A stretch of DNA of 64,000 nt. Origin: Auanema rhodensis (taxonomy: Eukaryota > Animalia > Nematoda). The stretch lies in contig OZ059897.1 of the NCBI GenBank assembly GCA_964057225.1, forward strand, positions 19,406,001-19,470,000. The letters are read 5' to 3'. The translations under genes were made by a program, and so were the position numbers. This document shows positions 1 through 12,400 of the stretch, in pieces (position 1 is the stretch's first letter; the number at the start of each line of letters is the position of its first letter). Below the pieces are notes generated by a model. The model did no database searches, had not been told where the DNA came from, and was given only the letters and a program-made list of their open reading frames with translations.

Positions 1-97
1 AGCAAAAAGTAGATGTTTTTAGATTCCTTTTTTCAAGGCAAAGACGATGGACAATGTTATTTAACGAAAAAATTAATTCTTCAGGGTGAAAGTCGAG

Positions 98-119
98 GAT
101 ATAAGTGTAAACTTATATC
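98..119. other. Inverted repeat H1 (shown for monomer 1; present in nearly every monomer): 9-bp stem, 4-nt loop
   Basis: GATATAAGT-GTAA-ACTTATATC; arms are exact reverse complements. Loop is GTAA or GTGA. Confidence 0.9.
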
Positions 120-129
120 AGTTGATATC

Positions 130-196
130 TCGGTGCATTTTTAAGCTAGCGCAAATCTGATAACACAGATCGACGCAGCTTAAAAATCCGCATCGA
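130..196. other. Inverted repeat H2 (shown for monomer 1): 67-nt imperfect hairpin with an 11-bp perfect core
   Basis: TCGGTGC/GCATCGA (one G.T), ATTTTTAAGCT(137-147)/AGCTTAAAAAT(177-187), GCG/CGC, ATCTG(155-159)/CAGAT(166-170), loop ATAACA. Confidence 0.9.
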
Positions 197-270
197 ATGC
201 ACTATACTACATTGAGAAACGCTTAATACAAAAATTAGTTATGATCGTTTGAAAAATGATGCATTAGTGT

Positions 271-298
271 ATGTTGAGTTTCCATGTACACTCAACAT
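271..298. other. Inverted repeat H3 (shown for monomer 1): 9-bp stem, 10-nt loop
   Basis: ATGTTGAGT-TTCCATGTAC-ACTCAACAT; arms are exact reverse complements. Confidence 0.9.
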
Positions 299-302
299 TG
301 CT

Positions 303-374
303 TCCAAAAACATTTTGACAAAAATTTTTTCGAAAAATTTCAAAATAATTTAGCAAAAAGTAGATGTTTTTAGA
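303..374. other. AT-rich imperfect dyad H4 spanning the monomer junction, containing the palindrome TTTTTCGAAAAA
   Basis: TTTTTCGAAAAA (326-337) is a perfect 12-bp palindrome. TCCAAAAACAT (303-313) vs ATGTTTTTAGA (364-374) is 10/11 complementary. Low complexity weakens the significance. Confidence 0.55.
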
Positions 375-3300
375 TTCCTTTTTTCAAGGCAAAGACGATG
401 GACAATGTTATTTAACGAAAAAATTAATTCTTCAGGGTGAAAATCGAGGATATAAGTGTAAACTTATATCAGTTGATATCTCGGTGCATTTTTAAGCTAG
501 CGCAAATCTGATAACACAGATCGACGCAGCTTAAAAATCCGCATCGAATGCACTATACTACATGGAAGAACGCTTAATACAAAAATTAGTTATGATCGTT
601 TGAAAAATGATGCATTAGTGTATGTTGAGTTTCCATGTACACTCAACATTGCTTCCAAAAACATTTTGACAAAAATTTTTTCGAAAAATTTCAAAATAAT
701 TTAGCAAAAAGTAGATGTTTTTAGATTCCTTTTTTCAAGGCAAAGACGATGGACAATGTTATTTAACGGAAAAATTAATTCTTCAGGGTGAAAATCGAGG
801 ATATAAGTGTAAACTTATATCAGTTGATATCTCGGTGCATTTTTAAGCTAGCGCAAATCTGATAACACAGATCGACGCAGCTTAAAAATCCGCATCGAAT
901 GCACTATACTACATGGAAGAACGCTTAATACAAAAATTAGTTATGATCGTTTGAAAAATGATGCATTAGTGTATGTTGAGTTTCCATGTACACTCAACAT
1001 TGCTTCCAAAAACATTTTGACAAAAATTTTTTCGAAAAATTTCAAAATAATTTAGCAAAAAGTAGATGTTTTTAGATTCCTTTTTTCAAGGCAAAGACTA
1101 TGAACAATGTTATTCAACGAAAAAATTAATTCTTCAGGGTGAAAATCGAGGATATAAGTGTAAACTTATATCAGTTGATATCTCGGTGCATTTTTAAGCT
1201 AGCGTGAATCTGATAACACAGATCGACGCAGCTTAAAAATCCGCATCGAATGCACTATACTACATTGGGAAACGCTTAATACAAAAATTAGTTATGATCG
1301 TTTGAAAAATGATGCATTAGTGTATGTTGAGTTTCCATGTACACTCAACATTGCTTCCAAAAACATTTTGACAAAAATTTTTTCGAAAAATTTCAAAATA
1401 ATTTAGCAAAAAGTAGATGTTTTTAGATTCCTTTTTTCAAGGCAAAGACGATGGACAATGTTATTTAACGAAAAAATTAATTCTTCAGGGTGAAAATCGA
1501 GGATATAAGTGTAAACTTATATCAGTTGATATCTCGGTGCATTTTTAAGCTAGCGCAAATCTGATAACACAGATCGACGCAGCTTAAAAATCCGCATCGA
1601 ATGCACTATACTACATGGAAGAACGCTTAATACAAAAATTAGTTATGATCGTTTGAAAAATGATGCATTAGTGTATGTTGAGTTTCCATGTACACTCAAC
1701 ATTGCTTCCAAAAACATTTTGACAAAAATTTTTTCGAAAAATTTCAAAATAATTTAGCAAAAAGTAGATGTTTTTAGATTCCTTTTTTCAAGGCAAAGAC
1801 GATGGACAATGTTATTCAACGAAAAAATTAATTCTTCAGGGTGAAAATCGAGGATATAAGTGTAAACTTATATCAGTTGATATCTCGGTGCATTTTTAAG
1901 CTAGCGCAAATCTGATAACACAGATCGACGCAGCTTAAAAATCCGCATCGAATGCACTATACTACATTGGGAAACGCTTAATACAAAAATTAGTTATGAT
2001 CGTTCGAAAAATGATGCATTAGTGTATGTTGAGTTTCCATGTACACTCAACATTGCTTCCAAAAACATTTTGACAAAAATTTTTTCGAAAAATTTCAAAA
2101 TAATTTAGCAAAAAGTAGATGTTTTTAGATTCCTTTTTTCAAGGCAAAGACGATGGACAATGTTATTTAACGAAAAAATTAATTCTTCAGGGTGAAAATC
2201 GAGGATATAAGTGTAAACTTATATCAGTTGATATCTCGGTGCATTTTTAAGCTAGCGCAAATCTGATAACACAGATCGACGCAGCTTAAAAATCCGCATC
2301 GAATGCACTATACTACATGGAAGAACGCTTAATACAAAAATTAGTTATGATCGTTTGAAAAATGATGCATTAGTGTATGTTGAGTTTCCATGTACACTCA
2401 ACATTGCTTCCAAAAACATTTTGACAAAAATTTTTTCGAAAAATTTCAAAATAATTTAGCAAAAAGTAGATGTTTTTAGATTCCTTTTTTCAAGGCAAAG
2501 ACGATGGACAATGTTATTCAACGAAAAAATTAATTCTTCAGGGTGAAAATCGAGGATATAAGTGTAAACTTATATCAGTTGATATCTCGGTGCATTTTTA
2601 AGCTAGCGCAAATCTGATAACACAGATCGACGCAGCTTAAAAATCCGCATCGAATGCACTATACTACATTGGGAAACGCTTAATACAAAAATTAGTTATG
2701 ATCGTTCGAAAAATGATGCATTAGTGTATGTTGAGTTTCCATGTACACTCAACATTGCTTCCAAAAACATTTTGACAAAAATTTTTTCGAAAAATTTCAA
2801 AATAATTTAGCAAAAAGTAGATGTTTTTAGATTCCTTTTTTTAAGGCAAAGACGATGGACAATGTTATTCAACGAAAAAATTAATTCTTCAGGGTGAAAA
2901 TCGAGGATATAAGTGTGAACTTATATCAGTTGATATCTCGGTACATTTTTAAGCTAGCGCAAATCTGATAACACAGATCGACGCAGCTTAAAAATCCGCA
3001 TCGAATGCACTATACTACATGGAAGAACGCTTAATACAAAAATTAGTTATGATCGTTTGAAAAATGATGCATTAGTGTATGTTGAGTTTCCATGTACACT
3101 CAACATTGCTTCCAAAAACATTTTGACAAAAATTTTTTCGAAAAATTTCAAAATAATTTAGCAAAAAGTAGATGTTTTTAGATTCCTTTTTTTAAGGCAA
3201 AGACGATGGACAATGTTATTCAACGAAAAAATTAATTCTTCAGGGTGAAAATCGAGGATATAAGTGTAAACTTATATCAGTTGATATCTCGGTGCATTTT

Positions 3301-6300
3301 TAAGCTAGCGCAAATCTGATAACACAGATCGACGCAGCTTAAAAATCCGCATCGAATGCACTATACTACATTGAGAAACGCTTAATACAAAAATTAGTTA
3401 TGATCGTTTGAAAAATGATGCATTAGTGTATGTTGAGTTTCCATGTACACTCAACATTGCTTCCAAAAACATTTTGACAAAAATTTTTTCGAAAAATTTC
3501 AAAATAATTTAGCAAAAAGTAGATGTTTTTAGATTCCTTTTTTCAAGGCAAAGACGATGGACAATGTTATTCAACGAAAAAATTAATTCTTCAGGGTGAA
3601 AATCGAGGATATAAGTGTGAACTTATAACAGTTGATATCTCGGTACATTTTTAAGCTAGCGCAAATCTGATAACACAGATCGACGCAGCTTAAAAATCCG
3701 CATCGAATGCACTATACTACATTGAGAAACGCTTAATACAAAAATTAGTTATGATCGTTTGAAAAATGATGCATTAGTGTATGTTGAGTTTCCATGTACA
3801 CTCAACATTGCTTCCAAAAACATTTTGACAAAAATTTTTTCGAAAAATTTCAAAATAATTTAGCAAAAAGTAGATGTTTTTAGATTCCTTTTTTCAAGGC
3901 AAAGACGATGGACAATGTTATTTAACGAAAAAATTAATTCTTCAGGGTGAAAGTCGAGGATATAAGTGTAAACTTATATCAGTTGATATCTCGGTGCATT
4001 TTTAAGCTAGCGCAAATCTGATAACACAGATCGACGCAGCTTAAAAATCCGCATCGAATGCACTATACTACATTGAGAAACGCTTAATACAAAAATTAGT
4101 TATGATCGTTTGAAAAATGATGCATTAGTGTATGTTGAGTTTCCATGTACACTCAACATTGCTTCCAAAAACATTTTGACAAAAATTTTTTCGAAAAATT
4201 TCAAAATAATTTAGCAAAAAGTAGATGTTTTTAGATTCCTTTTTTCAAGGCAAAGACGATGGACAATGTTATTTAACGAAAAAATTAATTCTTCAGGGTG
4301 AAAATCGAGGATATAAGTGTAAACTTATATCAGTTGATATCTCGGTGCATTTTTAAGCTAGCGCAAATCTGATAACACAGATCGACGCAGCTTAAAAATC
4401 CGCATCGAATGCACTATACTACATGGAAGAACGCTTAATACAAAAATTAGTTATGATCGTTTGAAAAATGATGCATTAGTGTATGTTGAGTTTCCATGTA
4501 CACTCAACATTGCTTCCAAAAACATTTTGACAAAAATTTTTTCGAAAAATTTCAAAATAATTTAGCAAAAAGTAGATGTTTTTAGATTCCTTTTTTCAAG
4601 GCAAAGACGATGGACAATGTTATTTAACGGAAAAATTAATTCTTCAGGGTGAAAATCGAGGATATAAGTGTAAACTTATATCAGTTGATATCTCGGTGCA
4701 TTTTTAAGCTAGCGCAAATCTGATAACACAGATCGACGCAGCTTAAAAATCCGCATCGAATGCACTATACTACATGGAAGAACGCTTAATACAAAAATTA
4801 GTTATGATCGTTTGAAAAATGATGCATTAGTGTATGTTGAGTTTCCATGTACACTCAACATTGCTTCCAAAAACATTTTGACAAAAATTTTTTCGAAAAA
4901 TTTCAAAATAATTTAGCAAAAAGTAGATGTTTTTAGATTCCTTTTTTCAAGGCAAAGACGATGGACAATGTTATTTAACGAAAAAATTAATTCTTCAGGG
5001 TGAAAATCGAGGATATAAGTGTAAACTTATATCAGTTGATATCTCGGTGCATTTTTAAGCTAGCGCAAATCTGATAACACAGATCGACGCAGCTTAAAAA
5101 TCCGCATCGAATGCACTATACTACATGGAAGAACGCTTAATACAAAAATTAGTTATGATCGTTTGAAAAATGATGCATTAGTGTATGTTGAGTTTCCATG
5201 TACACTCAACATTGCTTCCAAAAACATTTTGACAAAAATTTTTTCGAAAAATTTCAAAATAATTTAGCAAAAAGTAGATGTTTTTAGATTCCTTTTTTCA
5301 AGGCAAAGACGATGGACAATGTTATTTAACGGAAAAATTAATTCTTCAGGGTGAAAATCGAGGATATAAGTGTAAACTTATATCAGTTGATATCTCGGTG
5401 CATTTTTAAGCTAGCGCAAATCTGATAACACAGATCGACGCAGCTTAAAAATCCGCATCGAATGCACTATACTACATGGAAGAACGCTTAATACAAAAAT
5501 TAGTTATGATCGTTTGAAAAATGATGCATTAGTGTATGTTGAGTTTCCATGTACACTCAACATTGCTTCCAAAAACATTTTGACAAAAATTTTTTCGAAA
5601 AATTTCAAAATAATTTAGCAAAAAGTAGATGTTTTTAGATTCCTTTTTTCAAGGCAAAGACGATGAACAATGTTATTCAACGAAAAAATTAATTCTTCAG
5701 GGTGAAAATCGAGGATATAAGTGTAAACTTATATCAGTTGATATCTCGGTGCATTTTTAAGCTAGCGTGAATCTGATAACACAGATCGACGCAGCTTAAA
5801 AATCCGCATCGAATGCACTATACTACATTGGGAAACGCTTAATACAAAAATTAGTTATGATCGTTTGAAAAATGATGCATTAGTGTATGTTGAGTTTCCA
5901 TGTACACTCAACATTGCTTCCAAAAACATTTTGACAAAAATTTTTTCGAAAAATTTCAAAATAATTTAGCAAAAAGTAGATGTTTTTAGATTCCTTTTTT
6001 CAAGGCAAAGACGATGGACAATGTTATTTAACGAAAAAATTAATTCTTCAGGGTGAAAATCGAGGATATAAGTGTAAACTTATATCAGTTGATATCTCGG
6101 TGCATTTTTAAGCTAGCGCAAATCTGATAACACAGATCGACGCAGCTTAAAAATCCGCATCGAATGCACTATACTACATGGAAGAACGCTTAATACAAAA
6201 ATTAGTTATGATCGTTTGAAAAATGATGCATTAGTGTATGTTGAGTTTCCATGTACACTCAACATTGCTTCCAAAAACATTTTGACAAAAATTTTTTCGA

Positions 6301-9300
6301 AAAATTTCAAAATAATTTAGCAAAAAGTAGATGTTTTTAGATTCCTTTTTTCAAGGCAAAGACGATGGACAATGTTATTCAACGAAAAAATTAATTCTTC
6401 AGGGTGAAAATCGAGGATATAAGTGTAAACTTATATCAGTTGATATCTCGGTGCATTTTTAAGCTAGCGCAAATCTGATAACACAGATCGACGCAGCTTA
6501 AAAATCCGCATCGAATGCACTATACTACATTGGGAAACGCTTAATACAAAAATTAGTTATGATCGTTCGAAAAATGATGCATTAGTGTATGTTGAGTTTC
6601 CATGTACACTCAACATTGCTTCCAAAAACATTTTGACAAAAATTTTTTCGAAAAATTTCAAAATAATTTAGCAAAAAGTAGATGTTTTTAGATTCCTTTT
6701 TTCAAGGCAAAGACGATGGACAATGTTATTTAACGAAAAAATTAATTCTTCAGGGTGAAAATCGAGGATATAAGTGTAAACTTATATCAGTTGATATCTC
6801 GGTGCATTTTTAAGCTAGCGCAAATCTGATAACACAGATCGACGCAGCTTAAAAATCCGCATCGAATGCACTATACTACATGGAAGAACGCTTAATACAA
6901 AAATTAGTTATGATCGTTTGAAAAATGATGCATTAGTGTATGTTGAGTTTCCATGTACACTCAACATTGCTTCCAAAAACATTTTGACAAAAATTTTTTC
7001 GAAAAATTTCAAAATAATTTAGCAAAAAGTAGATGTTTTTAGATTCCTTTTTTCAAGGCAAAGACGATGGACAATGTTATTCAACGAAAAAATTAATTCT
7101 TCAGGGTGAAAATCGAGGATATAAGTGTAAACTTATATCAGTTGATATCTCGGTGCATTTTTAAGCTAGCGCAAATCTGATAACACAGATCGACGCAGCT
7201 TAAAAATCCGCATCGAATGCACTATACTACATTGGGAAACGCTTAATACAAAAATTAGTTATGATCGTTCGAAAAATGATGCATTAGTGTATGTTGAGTT
7301 TCCATGTACACTCAACATTGCTTCCAAAAACATTTTGACAAAAATTTTTTCGAAAAATTTCAAAATAATTTAGCAAAAAGTAGATGTTTTTAGATTCCTT
7401 TTTTTAAGGCAAAGACGATGGACAATGTTATTCAACGAAAAAATTAATTCTTCAGGGTGAAAATCGAGGATATAAGTGTGAACTTATATCAGTTGATATC
7501 TCGGTACATTTTTAAGCTAGCGCAAATCTGATAACACAGATCGACGCAGCTTAAAAATCCGCATCGAATGCACTATACTACATGGAAGAACGCTTAATAC
7601 AAAAATTAGTTATGATCGTTTGAAAAATGATGCATTAGTGTATGTTGAGTTTCCATGTACACTCAACATTGCTTCCAAAAACATTTTGACAAAAATTTTT
7701 TCGAAAAATTTCAAAATAATTTAGCAAAAAGTAGATGTTTTTAGATTCCTTTTTTTAAGGCAAAGACGATGGACAATGTTATTCAACGAAAAAATTAATT
7801 CTTCAGGGTGAAAATCGAGGATATAAGTGTGAACTTATATCAGTTGATATCTCGGTACATTTTTAAGCTAGCGCAAATCTGATAACACAGATCGACGCAG
7901 CTTAAAAATCCGCATCGAATGCACTATACTACATGGAAGAACGCTTAATACAAAAATTAGTTATGATCGTTTGAAAAATGATGCATTAGTGTATGTTGAG
8001 TTTCCATGTACACTCAACATTGCTTCCAAAAACATTTTGACAAAAATTTTTTCGAAAAATTTCAAAATAATTTAGCAAAAAGTAGATGTTTTTAGATTCC
8101 TTTTTTCAAGGCAAAGACGATGGACAATGTTATTCAACGAAAAAATTAATTCTTCAGGGTGAAAATCGAGGATATAAGTGTGAACTTATATCAGTTGATA
8201 TCTCGGTACATTTTTAAGCTAGCGCAAATCTGATAACACAGATCGACGCAGCTTAAAAATCCGCATCGAATGCACTATACTACATTGGGAAACGCTTAAT
8301 ACAAAAATTAGTTATGATCGTTTGAAAAATGATGCATTAGTGTATGTTGAGTTTCCATGTACACTCAACATTGCTTCCAAAAACATTTTGACAAAAATTT
8401 TTTCGAAAAATTTCAAAATAATTTAGCAAAAAGTAGATGTTTTTAAATTCCTTTTTTTAAGGCAAAGACGATGGACAATGTTATTCAACGAAAAAATTAA
8501 TTCTTCAGGGTGAAAATCGAGGATATAAGTGTGAACTTATATCAGTTGATATCTCGGTACATTTTTAAGCTAGCGCAAATCTGATAACACAGATCGACGC
8601 AGCTTAAAAATCCGCATCGAATGCACTATACTACATGGAAGAACGCTTAATACAAAAATTAGTTATGATCGTTTGAAAAATGATGCATTAGTGTATGTTG
8701 AGTTTCCATGTACACTCAACATTGCTTCCAAAAACATTTTGACAAAAATTTTTTCGAAAAATTTCAAAATAATTTAGCAAAAAGTAGATGTTTTTAGATT
8801 CCTTTTTTCAAGGCAAAGACGATGGACGATGTTATTCAACGAAAAAATTAATTCTTCAGGGTGAAAATCGAGGATATAAGTGTGAACTTATATCAGTTGA
8901 TATCTCGGTGCATTTTTAAGCTAGCGCAAATCTGATAACACAGATCGACGCAGCTTAAAAATCCGCATCGAATGCACTATACTACATTGAGAAACGCTTA
9001 ATACAAAAATTAGTTATGATCGATTGAAAAATGATGCATTAGTGTATGTTGAGTTTCCATGTACACTGAACATTGCTTCCAAAAACATTTTGACAAAAAT
9101 TTTTTCGAAAAATTTCAAAATAATTTAGCAAAAAGTAGATGTTTTTAGATTCCTTTTTTCAAGGCAAAGACGATGGACAATGTTATTTAACGAAAAAATT
9201 AATTCTTCAGGGTGAAAATCAAGGTATATATGTGTAAACTTATATCAGTTGATATCTCGGTGCATTTTTAAGCTAGCGCAAATCTGATAACACAGATCGA

Positions 9301-9478
9301 CGCAGCTTAAAAATCCGCATCGAATGCACTATACTACATGGAAAAACGCTTAATACAAAAATTAGTTATGATCGTTTGAAAAATGATGCATTAGTGTATG
9401 TTGAGTTTCCATGTACACTCAACATTGCTTCCAAAAACATTTTGACAAAATTTTTTTCGAAAATTTTCAAAATAATTT

Positions 9479-12400
9479 AGCAAAAAGTAGATGTTTTTAG
9501 ATTCCTTTTTTCAAGGCAAAGACGATGGACAATGTTATTCAACGAAAAAATTAATTCTTCAGGGTGAAAATCGAGGATATAAGTGTGAACTTATATCAGT
9601 TGATATCTCGGTACATTTTTAAGCTAGCGCAAATCTGATAACACAGATCGACGCAGCTTAAAAATCCGCATCGAATGCACTATACTACATGGAAGAACGC
9701 TTAATACAAAAATTAGTTATGATCGTTTGAAAAATGATGCATTAGTGTATGTTGAGTTTCCATGTACACTCAACATTGCTTCCAAAAACATTTTGACAAA
9801 AATTTTTTCGAAAAATTTCAAAATAATTTAGCAAAAAGTAGATGTTTTTAGATTCCTTTTTTCAAGGCAAAGACGATGGACGATGTTATTCAACGAAAAA
9901 ATTAATTCTTCAGGGTGAAAATCGAGGATATAAGTGTGAACTTATATCAGTTGATATCTCGGTGCATTTTTAAGCTAGCGCAAATCTGATAACACAGATC
10001 GACGCAGTTTAAAAATCCGCATCGAATGCACTATACTACATGGAAGAACGCTTAATACAAAAATTAGTTATGATCGTTTGAAAAATGATGCATTAGTGTA
10101 TGTTGAGTTTCCATGTACACTCAACATTGCTTCCAAAAACATTTTGACAAAAATTTTTTCGAAAAATTTCAAAATAATTTAGCAAAAAGTAGATGTTTTT
10201 AGATTCCTTTTTTCAAGGCAAAGACGATGGACGATGTTATTCAACGAAAAAATTAATTCTTCAGGGTGAAAATCGAGGATATAAGTGTGAACTTATATCA
10301 GTTGATATCTCGGTACATTTTTAAGCTAGCGCAAATCTGATAACACAGATCGACGCAGCTTAAAAATCCGCATCGAATGCACTATACTACATTGAGAAAC
10401 GCTTAATACAAAAATTAGTTATGATCGTTTGAAAAATGATGCATTAGTGTATGTTGAGTTTCCATGTACACTCAACATTGCTTCCAAAAACATTTTGACA
10501 AAAATTTTTTCGAAAAATTTCAGAATAATTTAGCAAAAAGTAGATGTTTTTAGATTCCTTTTTTCAAGGCAAAGACGATGGACAATGTTATTCAACGAAA
10601 AAATTAATTCTTCAGGGTGAAAATCGAGGATATAAGTGTAAACTTATATCAGTTGATATCTCGGTACATTTTTAAGCTAGCGCAAATCTGATAACACAGA
10701 TCGACGCAGCTTAAAAATCCGCATCGAATGCACTATACTACATGGAAGAACGCTTAATACAAAAATTAGTTATGATCGTTTGAAAAATGATGCATTAGTG
10801 TATGTTGAGTTTCCATGTACACTCAACATTGCTTCCAAAAACATTTTGACAAAAATTTTTTCGAAAAATTTCAAAATAATTTAGCAAAAAGTAGATGTTT
10901 TTAGATTCCTTTTTTCAAGGCAAAGACGATGGACGATGTTATTCAACGAAAAAATTAATTCTTCAGGGTGAAAATCGAGGATATAAGTGTGAACTTATAT
11001 CAGTTGATATCTCGGTGCATTTTTAAGCTAGCGCAAATCTGATAACACAGATCGACGCAGCTTAAAAATCCGCATCGAATGCACTATACTACATGGAAGA
11101 ACGCTTAATACAAAAATTAGTTATGATCGTTTGAAAAATGATGCATTAGTGTATGTTGAGTTTCCATGTACACTCAACATTGCTTCCAAAAACATTTTGA
11201 CAAAAATTTTTTCGAAAAATTTCAAAATAATTTAGCAAAAAGTAGATGTTTTTAGATTCCTTTTTTCAAGGCAAAGACGATGGACGATGTTATTCAACGA
11301 AAAAATTAATTCTTCAGGGTGAAAATCGAGGATATAAGTGTGAACTTATATCAGTTGATATCTCGGTACATTTTTAAGCTAGCGCAAATCTGATAACACA
11401 GATCGACGCAGCTTAAAAATCCGCATCGAATGCACTATACTACATTGAGAAACGCTTAATACAAAAATTAGTTATGATCGTTTGAAAAATGATGCATTAG
11501 TGTATGTTGAGTTTCCATGTACACTCAACATTGCTTCCAAAAACATTTTGACAAAAATTTTTTCGAAAAATTTCAGAATAATTTAGCAAAAAGTAGATGT
11601 TTTTAGATTCCTTTTTTCAAGGCAAAGACGATGGACAATGTTATTCAACGAAAAAATTAATTCTTCAGGGTGAAAATCGAGGATATAAGTGTAAACTTAT
11701 ATCAGTTGATATCTCGGTACATTTTTAAGCTAGCGCAAATCTGATAACACAGATCGACGCAGCTTAAAAATCCGCATCGAATGCACTATACTACATTGAG
11801 AAACGCTTAATACAAAAATTAGTTATGATCGTTTGAAAAATGATGCATTAGTGTATGTTGAGTTTCCATGTACACTCAACATTTCTTCCAAAAACATTTT
11901 GACAAAAATTTTTTCGAAAATTTTCAAAATAATTTAGCAAAAAGTAGATGTTTTTAGATTCCTTTTTTCAAGGCAAAGACGATGGACAATGTTATTCAAC
12001 GAAAAAATTAATTCTTCAGGGTGAAAATCGAGGATATAAGTGTGAACTTATATCAGTTGATATCTCGGTACATTTTTAAGCTAGCGCAAATCTGATAACA
12101 CAGATCGACGCAGCTTAAAAATCCGCATCGAATGCACTATACTACATGGAAGAACGCTTAATACAAAAATTAGTTGTGATCGTTTGAAAAATGATGCATT
12201 AGTGTATGTTGAGTTTCCATGTACACTCAACATTGCTTCCAAAAACATTTTGACAAAAATTTTTTCGAAAAATTTCAGAATAATTTAGCAAAAAGTAGAT
12301 ATTTTTAGATTCTTTTTTTCAAGGCAAAGACGATGGACAATGTTATTCAACGAAAAAATTAATTCTTCAGGGTGAAAATCGAGGATATAAGTGTGAACTT

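Larger units (their letters stand above)
1..7722. repeat. Higher-order duplication: U1-U9 copied as U12-U22 with an extra copy of the U2-U3 dimer
   Basis: Rare markers recur in order: AAGTCGAG (U1, U12), AACGGAAAA (U3, U14, U16), ATGAAC + AGCGTGAATC (U4, U17), CGTTCGAA (U6/U8, U19/U21), T34 + type X (U9, U22). Confidence 0.85.
1..9478. repeat. Satellite subfamily domain A (U1-U27)
   Basis: Enriched for T at pos 62 (TATTTAACG), mostly the GTAA loop allele, and ATTGGGAAAC and CGTTCGAA alleles. T62 is seen only once more (U41, ~14.1 kb). Right boundary is gradual. Confidence 0.7.

Noticed and set aside
78-84. Minus-strand CTGAAGA matching the hammerhead ribozyme CUGANGA core (also CTGATAA at 157-163 on +)
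   Set aside because: Hammerheads occur in some satellites, but I find no stem II leading to GAAA or suitable stems I/III around either motif. An Infernal search with hammerhead models on a dimer would settle it.
64-259. Possible ancient internal dimer (ACGAAAAAATTAATTCT...TGAAA at 64-91 vs ACAAAAATTAGTTAT...TGAAAAAT at 228-257)
   Set aside because: Similarity is short, dominated by A/T tracts, and does not extend across the halves; not distinguishable from chance by eye.
1-351. Monomer length divisible by 3 (117 codons), suggesting a giant repetitive protein
   Set aside because: The ORF track lists nothing longer than 70 aa, the frames I translated have several stops per monomer, and 1-bp indels are tolerated.
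1-351. Assignment to a known satellite of similar size, e.g. the Drosophila 359-bp (1.688) family
   Set aside because: Only length and AT-richness are similar; I recognise no sequence match. A database search is needed.
407-422. Minus-strand TTTCGTT(G/A)AATAAC resembling the start of a CENP-B box
   Set aside because: Lacks the required CGGG half of the motif.
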